Source: Fibrobacterales bacterium
GTDB taxonomy: Bacteria; Fibrobacterota; Fibrobacteria; Fibrobacterales; JAOPTW01
Reading direction: 5' to 3'
NCBI GenBank assembly: GCA_051532035.1
Contig: JAOPTW010000012.1
Location: 51,085 to 115,084, forward strand
Length of the DNA: 64,000 nt
Shown: piece after piece, positions 19,515 to 30,490 of the stretch
Layout of the letters: each line of letters begins with the position of its first letter
How positions within the stretch are numbered: position 1 is the first letter of the stretch
Translations under genes and position numbers: made by a program
The notes under the pieces: generated by a model
Database searches by the model: none
Told to the model about the DNA's origin: nothing
Seen by the model: only the letters and a program-made list of their open reading frames with translations

Positions 19515-22500
19515 ATGAATAAGGCACTATCTATCACACTATTGATTCTGTTACTTGGGGTGCCATCACTCTTTGCAAATATCAGTTCGAGCGCTGATCA
19601 AAAAAGCTCTGCTCTCGCACAAGATTCTGTGACACTTACGATGACGATAGTGGGCCAGGGGAGGTTAGGCGAAGAGGGGACGTTCAAGGTAGCTCAAGGA
19701 GAAGAGCTGAGCATCGGAGCTTATCCAATTGCCGGTCATGTTGTTGACTCTTGGGATGTTACCGAAGGGGACCCTACGTTTTTATTGAAAATAAGTCGAG
19801 GGATACATTTTATTTGTGAAGAAAACACTGCTATTACCGTTACCTTTATACGAACTACTATTGCATTTGATGGCATACAGGATGACTTTCACTACAGTGA
19901 TGATGCCCTTGATAGTAACTATTCAAAAAAGGTGTGGTTTGAGTATACTGCCGCACAGCCTGGTACCTACGCTCTTACAATCGACGATCCCCATTCACAG
20001 ATTAGTAAAGATTTTACCTTTTTTGGTGGCGACTCTCTGTATCCAGAAATGGGCGGTGACTCAGTTGTATCATCGAGAGGTGAGATCTTTTTCAATTTTA
20101 CCACTACAGAGGTTGATGAGGTTGTCTATTTTAATGTGGCTACTGACAATTATCGATATAAGAGATTAACGTTTTCTCTGGGAATTGATTATTTGGCAAA
20201 TCCAGTAGCGTTGAGTGTCACTCAAGCTTCAGGGGGGGAGATATTGATTATGGGAAACCCTTTGATTGAGAGTGGTGATTCTATAAAAGTTTATTATGAA
20301 AAGAACCCGGGGTATCAGTTTGAAGAGTGGGTGGTAACGAGCCATGGAGAGGTGCATGAAACACTTCACAGCAATACTGCATTTGTTGTACTCACGGGAG
20401 ATGTAACTCTTACGGCAAAATATAGGCGCTTTCAACCTCACACCCTTTTAATGACAGAACAACAATTTAATTATACAACTTCTGCAGAGGGCCAACAGTA
20501 TCAAAAGCGTGTATGGTTTTCGTTTCTTGCAGAGGATGTCGATGACTATGTTTTTGAAGTAGTGGATGGTGTAGAGGGTAATTATCCTATCGTCAACTAT
20601 TTTGGAACAGATACCAGCTACACCAATGTATTGCGCGCTCCTCGTGTATTACCAGAGGGTAAAAGAGCCTTTCATTTTTCTAATACTCAAAAAGATACCC
20701 GGCATTTTTTCAGTGTGGTCGTTCATTCGACAGCAGCAGCTTCTCATAATTTTACTGCACTCGTAAAGAAAAGTTTTGCACTTACCTATACCGAAACAGC
20801 AGGCAACCGCCGGCAAGATCAGGTTTTTATGGCATCACCTGGCGAGAAGGTACTCTTTACTACCGGAGTAGTTTCAGGGTATGAATTTAATGAATGGCGT
20901 TTGGTGCAAGATTCTGATAAGAGTATCTTAACAGAGGGGCTGAACCAAACTGCTGTTGTCGAAATGAATAGTGATGTAACCCTTAATATAGATGTAACGC
21001 GTATACCAAGACACTCAATAGGTGCGACGGAAACCGTTCTTAACTATACGACCAGTGCTCATTTGAATAATCCACGCAAGGGCATTTGGGTTGAATATGA
21101 GTCACCCGCCCCTGGGAAGTATGTATTGGAAATTGCTGATGATGGACGACGGGTGTGGTATAAACGCGTGAGCGGTTTTGGTTCAGATACAACTTATAGT
21201 GATAATGATTATCTGAATGTTGATACTGGTACGGTCTATTTTCCTTTTGAGTCGACCGTTACCGATGAAAAACTAGTATTTGCACTTTTTACTGCTCGGG
21301 ATTTAGATTACGAGGAAAATATCGCAGTCGTTGTTAAACCTTTGGCTCATCTTACTATTCAGAGTAATGAGTTTGGGAATACTAATATCACCCAAAAAAA
21401 TGTAGGCATTGGATCAACAGTACTGATAGAGGCGTGGGCTAAAAATGGGTATGCCTTTGTAAAATGGGAGCATAGTACTGGCCTCGCGGTGATTGATGAT
21501 GTGACCAATAATAGAACTACTGTTGCTTTGAGTGAAGATACTGAGATTACGGCAGTCTTTGCAAAGGCACCGGTGAAAGAGGTTACAAAAGATGCGCAGA
21601 CCTTTACCTTTGGCAAGGATGTTGCAAAGGGATTTCGCTCCACTACTATTTGGTTTAAATACACGACTGATAAGGTTGGTATGTATACTCTTGAAATTAA
21701 TGAAGAGGCGGTGAAACCTAATATAAAGCATATTGATCATTATGGACTTGACTCGACATTTACCACCGTTGATAGTAGCACCAGGTGTAAAAAAGAAAAA
21801 GGTGCCTTTAATTTTATGAGTGAAAGCATTGGTGCGGTCCATTACTTTGGTGTGAGAACAAATTCTTATGCGGTATTGACTGATTTTACCATTAAGGCTA
21901 TTGCCTTTCAAGAAAGTGCAGCGTTAACAACCACTGTTCAAGGGCGTGGTTATTCGGTATTTGAAACAAACCCGATTGTAGAGTCGGGTGAAAAGGTTAT
22001 GGTGCGAGCGGGGAGCCTAGAGGGCAGCTTTTTTAAAGAGTGGAAGCTTATGAGTGGTGATGCACTATTTGATGATCCGCATTCTGCCGAAACAGGAATT
22101 ACAGTTAATAGTAATGCTGAAGTACAAGCGGTCTTTGAACCGTATACGGCGTATGTTATTACCGAAGACTACAAAAAATTTAATCATAATACCGAGGCTC
22201 AGGATACCTCTGGCTATACGATGATTTTCATGGCCTATACTGTTAAAGATGTAGGAGAGCATATCTTTCAAGTCGATAGTATTACCTCATTTGGTTCCCT
22301 CGATTACTACGGTACTGATGCTACCTATGAAAATAATTCAAAAGGTACGTGGGGTGGAACCACCTATAAGTTTATTGACTTTACGGTTACAAAACCCAAC
22401 ACCACCTATTATTTTTCTGTGGGGGATTATAAAGTGTCGGGACTCGGAACCTTTACCGCACGGGTACGTAATAAAACAACCATGGTAAATATTACCGTTG

Positions 22501-23795
22501 AAGCATCGAAGGGTGGTAGGGCGTCTGCATCAAAAACAGTTGTTGATAATAGTCCCGCTACCGTAACACTACTTGCGAAGCCAGAAGATGGGTATGCGTT
22601 AGATTATTGGGAGACGGTCAGTGGCACAGGTACAGTGCACGATGAAACGTCTGCTGAAACAAAAGTAACCGTAGAGACCGACATAGTGCTTAAAGCATAC
22701 TTTAAACCTATTGAGCGCTATGTATTGGTTCCTGGGATACATGTGTTGAATATTGCTGAGGATGCTGAACAGGTAAATCCTAGGGCACTCTGGTTTGAAG
22801 TGGAGGCTCCACAGTCGGGGACGTATACTATCGCCATTGATACCGTAGGGAATAGAATGAAAAGAGCACTGTACAGCTATAAGCAAGACTCAACCTATAA
22901 CGAACTGGATGCTATAGAATATAAAACCGGAAGGATATTTTATAATGTTCCTCATTCGACAACACCAAAGAAATACTTTTTTCAAATCAGGTGTGAGAGA
23001 GAGTGCACTACCAATAGAGATTTTATTGTCTCAATGAGAAATATCGAAGATCATGTGGGCCTTATTCTATCGAATGAAATGGGGTATGTGGAATTTCTTG
23101 ATAACACTATTGCCCTGCCTGGTGATACTCTTGGTATCGATATCACCCATTGGAAAGAGGGATATACTTTTAGCCATTGGAGCGTGACTGAAGGTGAAGC
23201 AGTGATTCTTGATTCACTCTCGCCTCGGTCAGCCGTGGTTATGACAACAGATGCAGTGGTTACCGCGCACTTTTCCCCTAAGGTCATCCGAATTCCAGAG
23301 GATACTCTGTTGGTAGAAATTCCTGAACCTAAGGATAGGCCCTTATTAGATACACTTGCATTGGATACACTTTCATTAGACACGATAGAGACTGAAGAGA
23401 TTATTGATGCTATTGAGCTTGATTCAATAATCCCAGAAAAGCCTATTGATTTGGATGACGAAGAGATGATTGATGAGGAAGTGTATGATGGTTTTGATGA
23501 TGATGAAGTCGATGAGTTTGATGAGTTAAATGACTCTGAAGAATCTGATGATACTCCTGATACTGATTTCATTGCATCACTGAGGTTCAGAGAAGAGCAT
23601 ATTAGTGGTATGGGCCTACTCAAAGCAGGTGAGACAGAGGTTCTGGTCCCTAGCGGTGTGCAGACCATGGTGATTTATTCCATTACGGGGCAAAAGCTTT
23701 TTTCTGCTCATGGATCTGATTTTGTAGATGGAGCTGTTGCAATATTTCCGTCAGACTCGTGGGGGGCGGTCTCTGTTGTTATTTTCTATCGGTGA
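19515..23795 (+). CDS. Large secreted repeat protein: alternating InlB-B/Flg_new-like and PPC-like domains, acidic linker, T9SS-like CTD
   Basis: Seven GY.F..W-type repeats alternate with six (V/I/L)W(F/V).Y....G.Y-type repeats. D/E-rich tail and MVIYSITGQKL. Confidence 0.75.
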   Translation: MNKALSITLLILLLGVPSLFANISSSADQKSSALAQDSVTLTMTIVGQGRLGEEGTFKVAQGEELSIGAYPIAGHVVDSWDVTEGDPTFLLKISRGIHFICEENTAITVTFIRTTIAFDGIQDDFHYSDDALDSNYSKKVWFEYTAAQPGTYALTIDDPHSQISKDFTFFGGDSLYPEMGGDSVVSSRGEIFFNFTTTEVDEVVYFNVATDNYRYKRLTFSLGIDYLANPVALSVTQASGGEILIMGNPLIESGDSIKVYYEKNPGYQFEEWVVTSHGEVHETLHSNTAFVVLTGDVTLTAKYRRFQPHTLLMTEQQFNYTTSAEGQQYQKRVWFSFLAEDVDDYVFEVVDGVEGNYPIVNYFGTDTSYTNVLRAPRVLPEGKRAFHFSNTQKDTRHFFSVVVHSTAAASHNFTALVKKSFALTYTETAGNRRQDQVFMASPGEKVLFTTGVVSGYEFNEWRLVQDSDKSILTEGLNQTAVVEMNSDVTLNIDVTRIPRHSIGATETVLNYTTSAHLNNPRKGIWVEYESPAPGKYVLEIADDGRRVWYKRVSGFGSDTTYSDNDYLNVDTGTVYFPFESTVTDEKLVFALFTARDLDYEENIAVVVKPLAHLTIQSNEFGNTNITQKNVGIGSTVLIEAWAKNGYAFVKWEHSTGLAVIDDVTNNRTTVALSEDTEITAVFAKAPVKEVTKDAQTFTFGKDVAKGFRSTTIWFKYTTDKVGMYTLEINEEAVKPNIKHIDHYGLDSTFTTVDSSTRCKKEKGAFNFMSESIGAVHYFGVRTNSYAVLTDFTIKAIAFQESAALTTTVQGRGYSVFETNPIVESGEKVMVRAGSLEGSFFKEWKLMSGDALFDDPHSAETGITVNSNAEVQAVFEPYTAYVITEDYKKFNHNTEAQDTSGYTMIFMAYTVKDVGEHIFQVDSITSFGSLDYYGTDATYENNSKGTWGGTTYKFIDFTVTKPNTTYYFSVGDYKVSGLGTFTARVRNKTTMVNITVEASKGGRASASKTVVDNSPATVTLLAKPEDGYALDYWETVSGTGTVHDETSAETKVTVETDIVLKAYFKPIERYVLVPGIHVLNIAEDAEQVNPRALWFEVEAPQSGTYTIAIDTVGNRMKRALYSYKQDSTYNELDAIEYKTGRIFYNVPHSTTPKKYFFQIRCERECTTNRDFIVSMRNIEDHVGLILSNEMGYVEFLDNTIALPGDTLGIDITHWKEGYTFSHWSVTEGEAVILDSLSPRSAVVMTTDAVVTAHFSPKVIRIPEDTLLVEIPEPKDRPLLDTLALDTLSLDTIETEEIIDAIELDSIIPEKPIDLDDEEMIDEEVYDGFDDDEVDEFDELNDSEESDDTPDTDFIASLRFREEHISGMGLLKAGETEVLVPSGVQTMVIYSITGQKLFSAHGSDFVDGAVAIFPSDSWGAVSVVIFYR

Positions 23796-23857
23796 TAGAG
23801 GCGCCTGTAAGACCGGGGTCAGCTTCTCGATTACTATTGAGTATTAAATGATATAGT

Positions 23858-23886
23858 AAAAGCCGAATCACTATGATTCGGCTTTT
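23858..23886. terminator. Bidirectional intrinsic terminator
   Basis: AAAAGCCGAATCA-CTA-TGATTCGGCTTTT between convergent genes. Confidence 0.85.
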
Positions 23887-23898
23887 GTATTTATAGGC

Positions 23899-25386
23899 CT
23901 ACGAAAGCGTTAATTTCGCTACAGCCTGACTCAATTCCATACTACTAAAGGGTTTTTCTATAAATACATTACAACCCAACTTACTGAGGTCATCCAAATC
24001 TTGGGGGTTAGTATATCCAGAGACAAGAATTATTGGGAGGGTGGGTTCAATGACTTTTAGAAGTTTACAGCAGTCTTTTCCACCCATTACAGGCATTACC
24101 ATATCGAGAACGACCAGTTTTATTTCTTTCGAATGTTGTTTGTAAACATCAACTCCGGTATGTCCATTAGAAGCAGTGAGTACTGTATAGCCACAGTCTT
24201 CGAGAATAGCCTTTCCGACATCGAGCATCACTGGTTCGTCATCAATAAGGAGAATAGTGCCACTTCCTAGAGTGTTTGATTGTTGTTTCACATCGGGAAG
24301 GGGGGGGGCAGTAGTTACAGGAATTTGAATGGTAAAGGTTGTTCCGTGCTCAGGTTCACTGGTAACCGTAATGGCTCCGTTATGCTGTTGAACCGATCTG
24401 TATACTACAGAAAGGCCGAGGCCTGTCCCATTGCCTTGTTCTTTGGTGGTAAAAAAAGGATCAAATATGTGGGTTATTACATCACTACTCATGCCATGAC
24501 CAGTATCCGATACCCCAATTTCAATATATGCTCCAGGTGATAGGTCAAATGAGCTTGCACTGCAATCACTATCGTTCAGAGTGATTACTTTTGATGCAAA
24601 TGAGAGTGTCCCTCCATCGGGCATTGCATGTGATGCATTAATTCCGAGGTTAAGGAACATATTGTGTAACTGTGATGTTTCTCCCAAGACAATACTGGAC
24701 TCATCGGTAAGAGTGGTGGTGAGTGTAATCCGTTTATCTATAGTGGTTTCGAGTAAAGAAACTGCATCACTCAGAATGGTATTCATGGCTACGGGTTCGG
24801 TGAGTGATTTGCTTTTATGAGAAAATGAGAGAAGCTTGGAGGTTAAGTCTGCCGCGCGCTGGGCAGAGTCCATTATCAGTTTAATGTATTTACTCGTTTT
24901 CTCATTTTTTGGGATATTTTTATCTAATAATTGTACACCACCCATTATACCGCCGAGCATATTATTAAAGTCGTGTGCAATACCACCTGCAAGGTTACCG
25001 ATGGCATCAAGTTTTTGGCTTTGTACCAACTGTGCTTGAAGGTGCTCTTCACTCTCTCGGTGTGTTTTAGATACATATTGTTCTTGGAGTATCACTTCTA
25101 TGATGGCCATAAAATTATGAATATATTCATGATAAGGAGCAAATTGATTTTTGTCGCTTAATCTAATGGTGAGTGTACCAAAGTCATTGTTGTTTCGATT
25201 GAGTGTATAATTAATTGAAGTGTCATTTGGCGTAGAATCTTTAAATGGGGAATGATGTGCACTTGCCACTCCTGGAACATTTGCAAGCTCGCTACAAACC
25301 AAACTAAAGAGTGCATCACTTGTGGGTAAATCTACCACATGGTTCTGCATGAGTAAGATCTTTTCAAGAATTACTGGATCTAACAT
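23899..25386 (-). CDS. Hybrid histidine kinase / response regulator
   Basis: AGGIAHDFNN H-box, NASHAM, DTGHGM, FDPFFTTK..GTGLGL and a C-terminal receiver (LIDDE, LDMVMP, KPF). Confidence 0.93.
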   Translation of the reverse strand: MLDPVILEKILLMQNHVVDLPTSDALFSLVCSELANVPGVASAHHSPFKDSTPNDTSINYTLNRNNNDFGTLTIRLSDKNQFAPYHEYIHNFMAIIEVILQEQYVSKTHRESEEHLQAQLVQSQKLDAIGNLAGGIAHDFNNMLGGIMGGVQLLDKNIPKNEKTSKYIKLIMDSAQRAADLTSKLLSFSHKSKSLTEPVAMNTILSDAVSLLETTIDKRITLTTTLTDESSIVLGETSQLHNMFLNLGINASHAMPDGGTLSFASKVITLNDSDCSASSFDLSPGAYIEIGVSDTGHGMSSDVITHIFDPFFTTKEQGNGTGLGLSVVYRSVQQHNGAITVTSEPEHGTTFTIQIPVTTAPPLPDVKQQSNTLGSGTILLIDDEPVMLDVGKAILEDCGYTVLTASNGHTGVDVYKQHSKEIKLVVLDMVMPVMGGKDCCKLLKVIEPTLPIILVSGYTNPQDLDDLSKLGCNVFIEKPFSSMELSQAVAKLTLS

Positions 25387-25811
25387 ACGAGTGTCACCTC
25401 ATTCAATGGATACCTTCTTGTATCGAGTTCAATATAGAGTTATTGGTATCTATAATAATGCTTCTTTACAGGGCAAAAGTCAACGTTTTCAGCGTATAGA
25501 ACCTCAAAAAAGTACAATTACCCTTCTGCTAGAAAATCACAGTGGTAGGGGGTGATAAAAGGAGTGTATACCATGGGCACTTCTATAAATGCCTAATCAA
25601 TACTGTAGCATCAATTAAAGAATGTGGAGTGTTTTTGTGCACATTCAGATTGTGCAGTTATGTTTGAACAGTTGAATTTTGGGGAGATTACTATTTTCTA
25701 ATATGATACCTCGATTCGTACTCATCTATTCGAGAGACGCTCTCAATAGTTATCTTTGGGCGCAGTACTATAACAGAGTACCCACCCCCATATTTCACGA
25801 GAGGAATTATT

Positions 25812-26408
25812 ATGGAACACATAGCAGCACTCCCCAAAGAAACCGTTGTAACACACCAAGTTGATGTATCATCAAACCCAGCTCCTTTAGGGTTATTAGG
25901 GTTTGGTATGACCACTGTGCTCCTTAATTTGCACAATGCCGGTCTTTTTGAATTGGGTTCAATGATTCTGGCTATGGGAGTCTTTTATGGGGGTATCGCA
26001 CAAATCATGGCGGGGCTCATGGAGTTTAAAAAAGGGAATACTTTTGGTACAACCGCTTTTATCTCGTATGGATTTTTCTGGCTTTCTTTTGTTGCTCTGA
26101 TTGTACTTCCCAAAATGGGACTTGTCGAAGCGCCTCAAAAGCCAGCGATAATCTCCTTTTTAGTAATCTGGGGAATCTTCACGAGTGGAATGTTTTTGGG
26201 AACCTTAAAATTGAGTCGTGCATTACAGTTTGTTTTTGCCTCACTCGCGCTCCTCTTCTTTCTCTTGGCTATTGCCGACAGTACAGAAAACCCAGTATTG
26301 AAAGTGATCGCAGGAGTCGAGGGGATTATTTGTGGTTCAGCGGCTATCTATACGGCGTTTGCTCAGATCATTAATGAACTCTATGGAAGAGACCTGTTGC
26401 CTTTGTAA
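25812..26408 (+). CDS. satP: Acetate/succinate uptake transporter (GPR1/FUN34/YaaH family)
   Basis: [14 protein letters not shown] signature, GNTFG.TAF.SYG.FW and six TM helices. Confidence 0.93.
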   Translation: MEHIAALPKETVVTHQVDVSSNPAPLGLLGFGMTTVLLNLHNAGLFELGSMILAMGVFYGGIAQIMAGLMEFKKGNTFGTTAFISYGFFWLSFVALIVLPKMGLVEAPQKPAIISFLVIWGIFTSGMFLGTLKLSRALQFVFASLALLFFLLAIADSTENPVLKVIAGVEGIICGSAAIYTAFAQIINELYGRDLLPL

Positions 26409-26516
26409 AAACGTACACTATTAGAGAACATTTTCGACAAAGCCACAGGTGAATATCATTGAAGTAGCTATTTTTAATAGGTACATATAGTCTATAACGT
26501 ACTACAGGGTGTAGCA

Positions 26517-27356
26517 GTGGCTGATAGCATAAATATAAAAGAGTATGTCGATTATACTGAGTTTTTGAATGACTGGTTTGACCATAAAAAGCAGGATTCA
26601 AATGCTTTTTCATATCGTATCATTTCTGAAAAAGCAGGATTTAAATCTAAGAGTCACCTTGCAGAGATTGTTAAGGGCAAAAAAGCGTTGGCTCGTACTG
26701 CAATTTTAAATGTGTCTCATGCCCTTGGCCTAAATGACGTTGAGGCGGAATACTTTGGTACGCTGGTTAATTATAAGACTGCAAAAAATACCGATGAGAA
26801 GAACATCCATTGGACTCGCATCTTAGAGTTGCAGCGCCCCCGCATAAATGATCGTAAAAAGTATGCAGAGTATCGACTCTTTGAGTGTTGGTATACCCTT
26901 CCGGTGCGTGAGATTATCTCCGTTGTAAATTTTAAAGAAGATTACCGGTTTTTAGGAAAGCTGGTTAACCCACCTATTACTCCGAAACAGGCAAAAGAGT
27001 CCGTTGAAGTATTGGTTGAACTAGGGTTGTCCGAAAAGAAAGAGATATTCTATGAACAAAAACAGTTTGATATCTTAGTTGACCCCTTTATTCAAAAACT
27101 TGCTTTTAGAAATTATCAAAAAGAAATTTTAACTCTTGGTGTTCAATCTATAGATGACTTGATTGATGGACGTCGAAACACCCAAACTATTTGCTTTGGC
27201 TCTAATCCCAGCTTAAACAATCGGATTAATAAGATTATAGAACAATCCATCGAAGATATTTATTCTGCCGTGCAGCAGTTCCCTGAAGTTGACGAAGTCA
27301 AACAACTTAATATTCAATATTTTTCACTCAGTAAACCTAACCTAACTAATAGATAA
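26517..27356 (+). CDS. TIGR02147 family protein (N-terminal HTH, DUF4423-like)
   Basis: EYVDYTEFLNDWF, FSYR...KAGFKSKS, WY..PVREI, PPIT..QAKESV..L and a QLNIQYFSLS ending. Confidence 0.85.
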   Translation: MADSINIKEYVDYTEFLNDWFDHKKQDSNAFSYRIISEKAGFKSKSHLAEIVKGKKALARTAILNVSHALGLNDVEAEYFGTLVNYKTAKNTDEKNIHWTRILELQRPRINDRKKYAEYRLFECWYTLPVREIISVVNFKEDYRFLGKLVNPPITPKQAKESVEVLVELGLSEKKEIFYEQKQFDILVDPFIQKLAFRNYQKEILTLGVQSIDDLIDGRRNTQTICFGSNPSLNNRINKIIEQSIEDIYSAVQQFPEVDEVKQLNIQYFSLSKPNLTNR

Positions 27357-27367
27357 ACGAGGACCTA

Positions 27368-29212
27368 ATGAAGATTTTACTGGCGCTTTTGCCCTTATTC
27401 TATATCGTTTCATGTGCCATTTCGAATGAGGCATCCGAAACGTCAGTTACCGGTATTGTCGTAATAGGGGATACCCCTGTCGCAGCTAAAATTACCATGG
27501 TACACAGTGATAGCTCTCATATTGTATTGTATGAAACTGAATCTGACTCTTTGGGGCGGTATCATATTGACGGAGTTATACCAGACACCTATACCCTCAT
27601 ATCTCAGACCGAGTGGAGCTATGGAGATATTGTGAATGCGGTTGAGGTTGAATCAGAATCAAATACGGTGGTCAATGTTTCACTTCATGAGTTTGTGCAT
27701 ACAAAACTTGTTCTTAAAGATGACTATGAAAAAGTCTCGTATTATGGAACTCCCTATGAGGAGTACCCTACGGACACCTTGGTGCATGTGCTTCCGGGAG
27801 AAAAGAATGTTATCGCCGTAAAAGAGAAGGGTGAGCCCGTTGTCTATTTTAATGCAATAGCTGATGAGCAGACGGGTGAAGTTATCTTTACTGCATATGA
27901 TGAGAATGGGGACATAGAAGACCTATTACAAAACCCTACGGCCACTCAGAGCTCTTCGGATGTGAGTGATGTTCAAGAGCCGAGTAGTGCATTACAGGTT
28001 GTGTCATCATCAAGCTCAATAGTATCCGTGGTCAGTTCCGAAGTGGCAGACGTTGGAGGTGTATCAAGTGAGGAATCTTCTGCAGTTGTTGTTGAAGATC
28101 CTATCATCAGTAGTTCAGAAGCGGTGAGCTCGAGCTCTGAAATTATACCTGTTGAAGAGGATCCAATGTTTGTGTTTCCTTCACGGGAACTCGCTTCGTA
28201 TAAGATCTATACCTGGCAGTCGATGGGGCCGTCAAGTTATGGTTGGAAGGTAAATCTTACTGGGGTTGTCAGTGAATTACCCAACAGTAGCTTGGTTGAT
28301 ATAGAAGAGGATGTGGCGTTGTTTAATACAATGGGTGTCGAGGAAGAATCAAGTCTGATGCGAGCCGTAGATGGGATGTTTTTGAAGGTGCCGGTTAAGG
28401 CGGGCCCTGGCCGAACTTTTAGTGCGAGTATTGATGGGGATCACCTCGCGGTAGTCCAAGAGCCGGTGAATGATGACCTACAATATTCCACTCTGCTATT
28501 TAACATGAATGGAAGTGCTTTAGATACGTTAGATACCTTAGACGGTGGCTGGAGCATTCAGGTGTATGATGATATATATACCTGGAGAAGTCGAGACACT
28601 CTCTTTGTGCATTCGTTAGATGGCACCATACGCGATACTATTATAGAACCCATACAAATTTCATCAGTCAAAATTGGTGAAAATGGAATTCTCTATCGCT
28701 CTCAAATTGTTGAAAATGATGTAACAATGCCTGCCCTCAAGTTATGGAGTAAAGGGAGTGAGGTTGTAACCCTCGGAAAAACATTCGGGAGCAGAGTACA
28801 GTATTATATGTATGGCGGTGTGATCGTTTGGACAGAAGAGAAAGCGGACAGCACTACGACCATTTATGGTTTACACAACGGTGAAAAAGGGGTTATTGCC
28901 GAAACAGAAAGTAAGGTGAAGTTAATTACCACTGACGGCCAATCGGCTCTTTGGCTTACTGAGGATAATAGTTTTGTATATTCTCACAATGGTAGCGCCG
29001 AAACTCTTTTTACTCATGAAAGTAGCGTAATTACTATGGGCTTGTATAATAATAACCTTGTGTTTATCGCTAAAAATGTGGGCGACAATAATAATTACAA
29101 TTTTTATGAGTACTCTATAACGGAGGACTTGTTGAGTACCATAGATTCAGACTTTGGTTTTGGGCTTGAAGCAAGTTGTTATATTAATGGGAATGGTACT
29201 ATAGGGTGGTAA
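27368..29212 (+). CDS. Lipoprotein with carboxypeptidase-regulatory-like domain, Ser-rich linker and propeller-like C-terminus
   Basis: Lipobox IVSC. ETESDSLGRYHIDGVIPDTYTL. Starts 11 bp after the TIGR02147 gene. Confidence 0.65.
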   Translation: MKILLALLPLFYIVSCAISNEASETSVTGIVVIGDTPVAAKITMVHSDSSHIVLYETESDSLGRYHIDGVIPDTYTLISQTEWSYGDIVNAVEVESESNTVVNVSLHEFVHTKLVLKDDYEKVSYYGTPYEEYPTDTLVHVLPGEKNVIAVKEKGEPVVYFNAIADEQTGEVIFTAYDENGDIEDLLQNPTATQSSSDVSDVQEPSSALQVVSSSSSIVSVVSSEVADVGGVSSEESSAVVVEDPIISSSEAVSSSSEIIPVEEDPMFVFPSRELASYKIYTWQSMGPSSYGWKVNLTGVVSELPNSSLVDIEEDVALFNTMGVEEESSLMRAVDGMFLKVPVKAGPGRTFSASIDGDHLAVVQEPVNDDLQYSTLLFNMNGSALDTLDTLDGGWSIQVYDDIYTWRSRDTLFVHSLDGTIRDTIIEPIQISSVKIGENGILYRSQIVENDVTMPALKLWSKGSEVVTLGKTFGSRVQYYMYGGVIVWTEEKADSTTTIYGLHNGEKGVIAETESKVKLITTDGQSALWLTEDNSFVYSHNGSAETLFTHESSVITMGLYNNNLVFIAKNVGDNNNYNFYEYSITEDLLSTIDSDFGFGLEASCYINGNGTIGW

Positions 29213-29246
29213 CTCCTTACATTATTCGCACTAAAGAGAAGAAAAT

Positions 29247-29894
29247 ATGATACTTAAAGATCAGATGAATAAAATATATAGTTCAAAGACCCTTGATCAA
29301 ATTCCCTGGAATTTTGAACATCCACCAAAAATCCTTGTCGAGTTGTTAGAGAAAGAGATAATCAAGCCATGTAGGATTATAGATTTAGGTTGTGGTGCTG
29401 GTAATTATATACTGTATCTGGCAAGCCTGGGTTTTGATGCAACAGGAATCGATTTCTCGGAGGCAGCAATTAAAATTGCTACAAAAGCAGCATTGGAGAA
29501 AAATATCAAATGCACATTGGAAGTTGATGGCGTACAGGATTATACCATTGATGAAGCGAATCTTTTTAATTGTGCATATGATTGGGAAGTATTGCATCAT
29601 GTCTTTCCTGAAGAGAGGGAACAGTATGTTCACAATGTATCAAGGCTTCTTAAGCCAGAGGGGCACTATTTTTCTCTATGTTTTAGTGAAGAGAGTTCTC
29701 AATTTGGCGGCAAGGGGAAGTACCGAAAGACACCACTGGGCACTGAGCTCTATTTTTCATCACAAAATGAAATGAAGCTACTGTATGAAGAAGAATTTGA
29801 TATTCAAGAATTAAAAACCGTTGATGTCGAAGGCAAGTTTGGCCCACAAAGAGCCATATATGCATTCATGACAAAGAAGGCTGTCGCAAAATAA
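29247..29894 (+). CDS. Class I SAM-dependent methyltransferase
   Basis: IIDLGCGAG, GIDFSEAAI and LLKPEG motifs. Confidence 0.9.
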   Translation: MILKDQMNKIYSSKTLDQIPWNFEHPPKILVELLEKEIIKPCRIIDLGCGAGNYILYLASLGFDATGIDFSEAAIKIATKAALEKNIKCTLEVDGVQDYTIDEANLFNCAYDWEVLHHVFPEEREQYVHNVSRLLKPEGHYFSLCFSEESSQFGGKGKYRKTPLGTELYFSSQNEMKLLYEEEFDIQELKTVDVEGKFGPQRAIYAFMTKKAVAK

Positions 29895-29950
29895 TCATCA
29901 TACGTCAGCTCCTTCGAAATTCGACTTATTGATTGCTCACGACTTGGTAG

Positions 29951-30490
29951 TTAATGCCCCACTAGCTCCTTTGCAATCACCTTCAATAAGAACGTCTCTC
30001 TCTCAATCGAAAGACCTTTCTTATCACTATGAGAAATAACTTCTTCATTGTGCGCAATAGCCTCATGAATATTCATCCAAACAGGGGTCATCACATTTCT
30101 TACTTCATGTGATTCATGAGCCGTTTCACCTAATTCCTCATCAATATCACACACATAGCAATACGAGATCATATGAATAATATCCGCATCAGATTTATAC
30201 CATGGGCGGTATTCATCGTATCGTGCAAACTCCTTTATATTGCGAACACCTCGTGCACCGGTTTCTTCCTTTAGCTCACGTATCAGTCCCGCGACTTCAT
30301 CCTCGCCCTCATCAATGCCGCCACCGGGTAGGCTGTAATCATGATATCGCTCTGTAAATAAGAGTAAAATAGAGTCTTGCTTAACCACTATGGCCCGCGC
30401 GGCATGTCGCTCAATGAGCGTAAGATCACTATCTGGAGAGATATCTGCAGGAGAGAAGTCGGGATGAAAAGCAGTTTTTAAAAGTCGCAT
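29951..30490 (-). CDS. NUDIX hydrolase
   Basis: Nudix box GGGIDEGEDEVAGLIRELKEETG. Confidence 0.92.
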   Translation of the reverse strand: MRLLKTAFHPDFSPADISPDSDLTLIERHAARAIVVKQDSILLLFTERYHDYSLPGGGIDEGEDEVAGLIRELKEETGARGVRNIKEFARYDEYRPWYKSDADIIHMISYCYVCDIDEELGETAHESHEVRNVMTPVWMNIHEAIAHNEEVISHSDKKGLSIERETFLLKVIAKELVGH

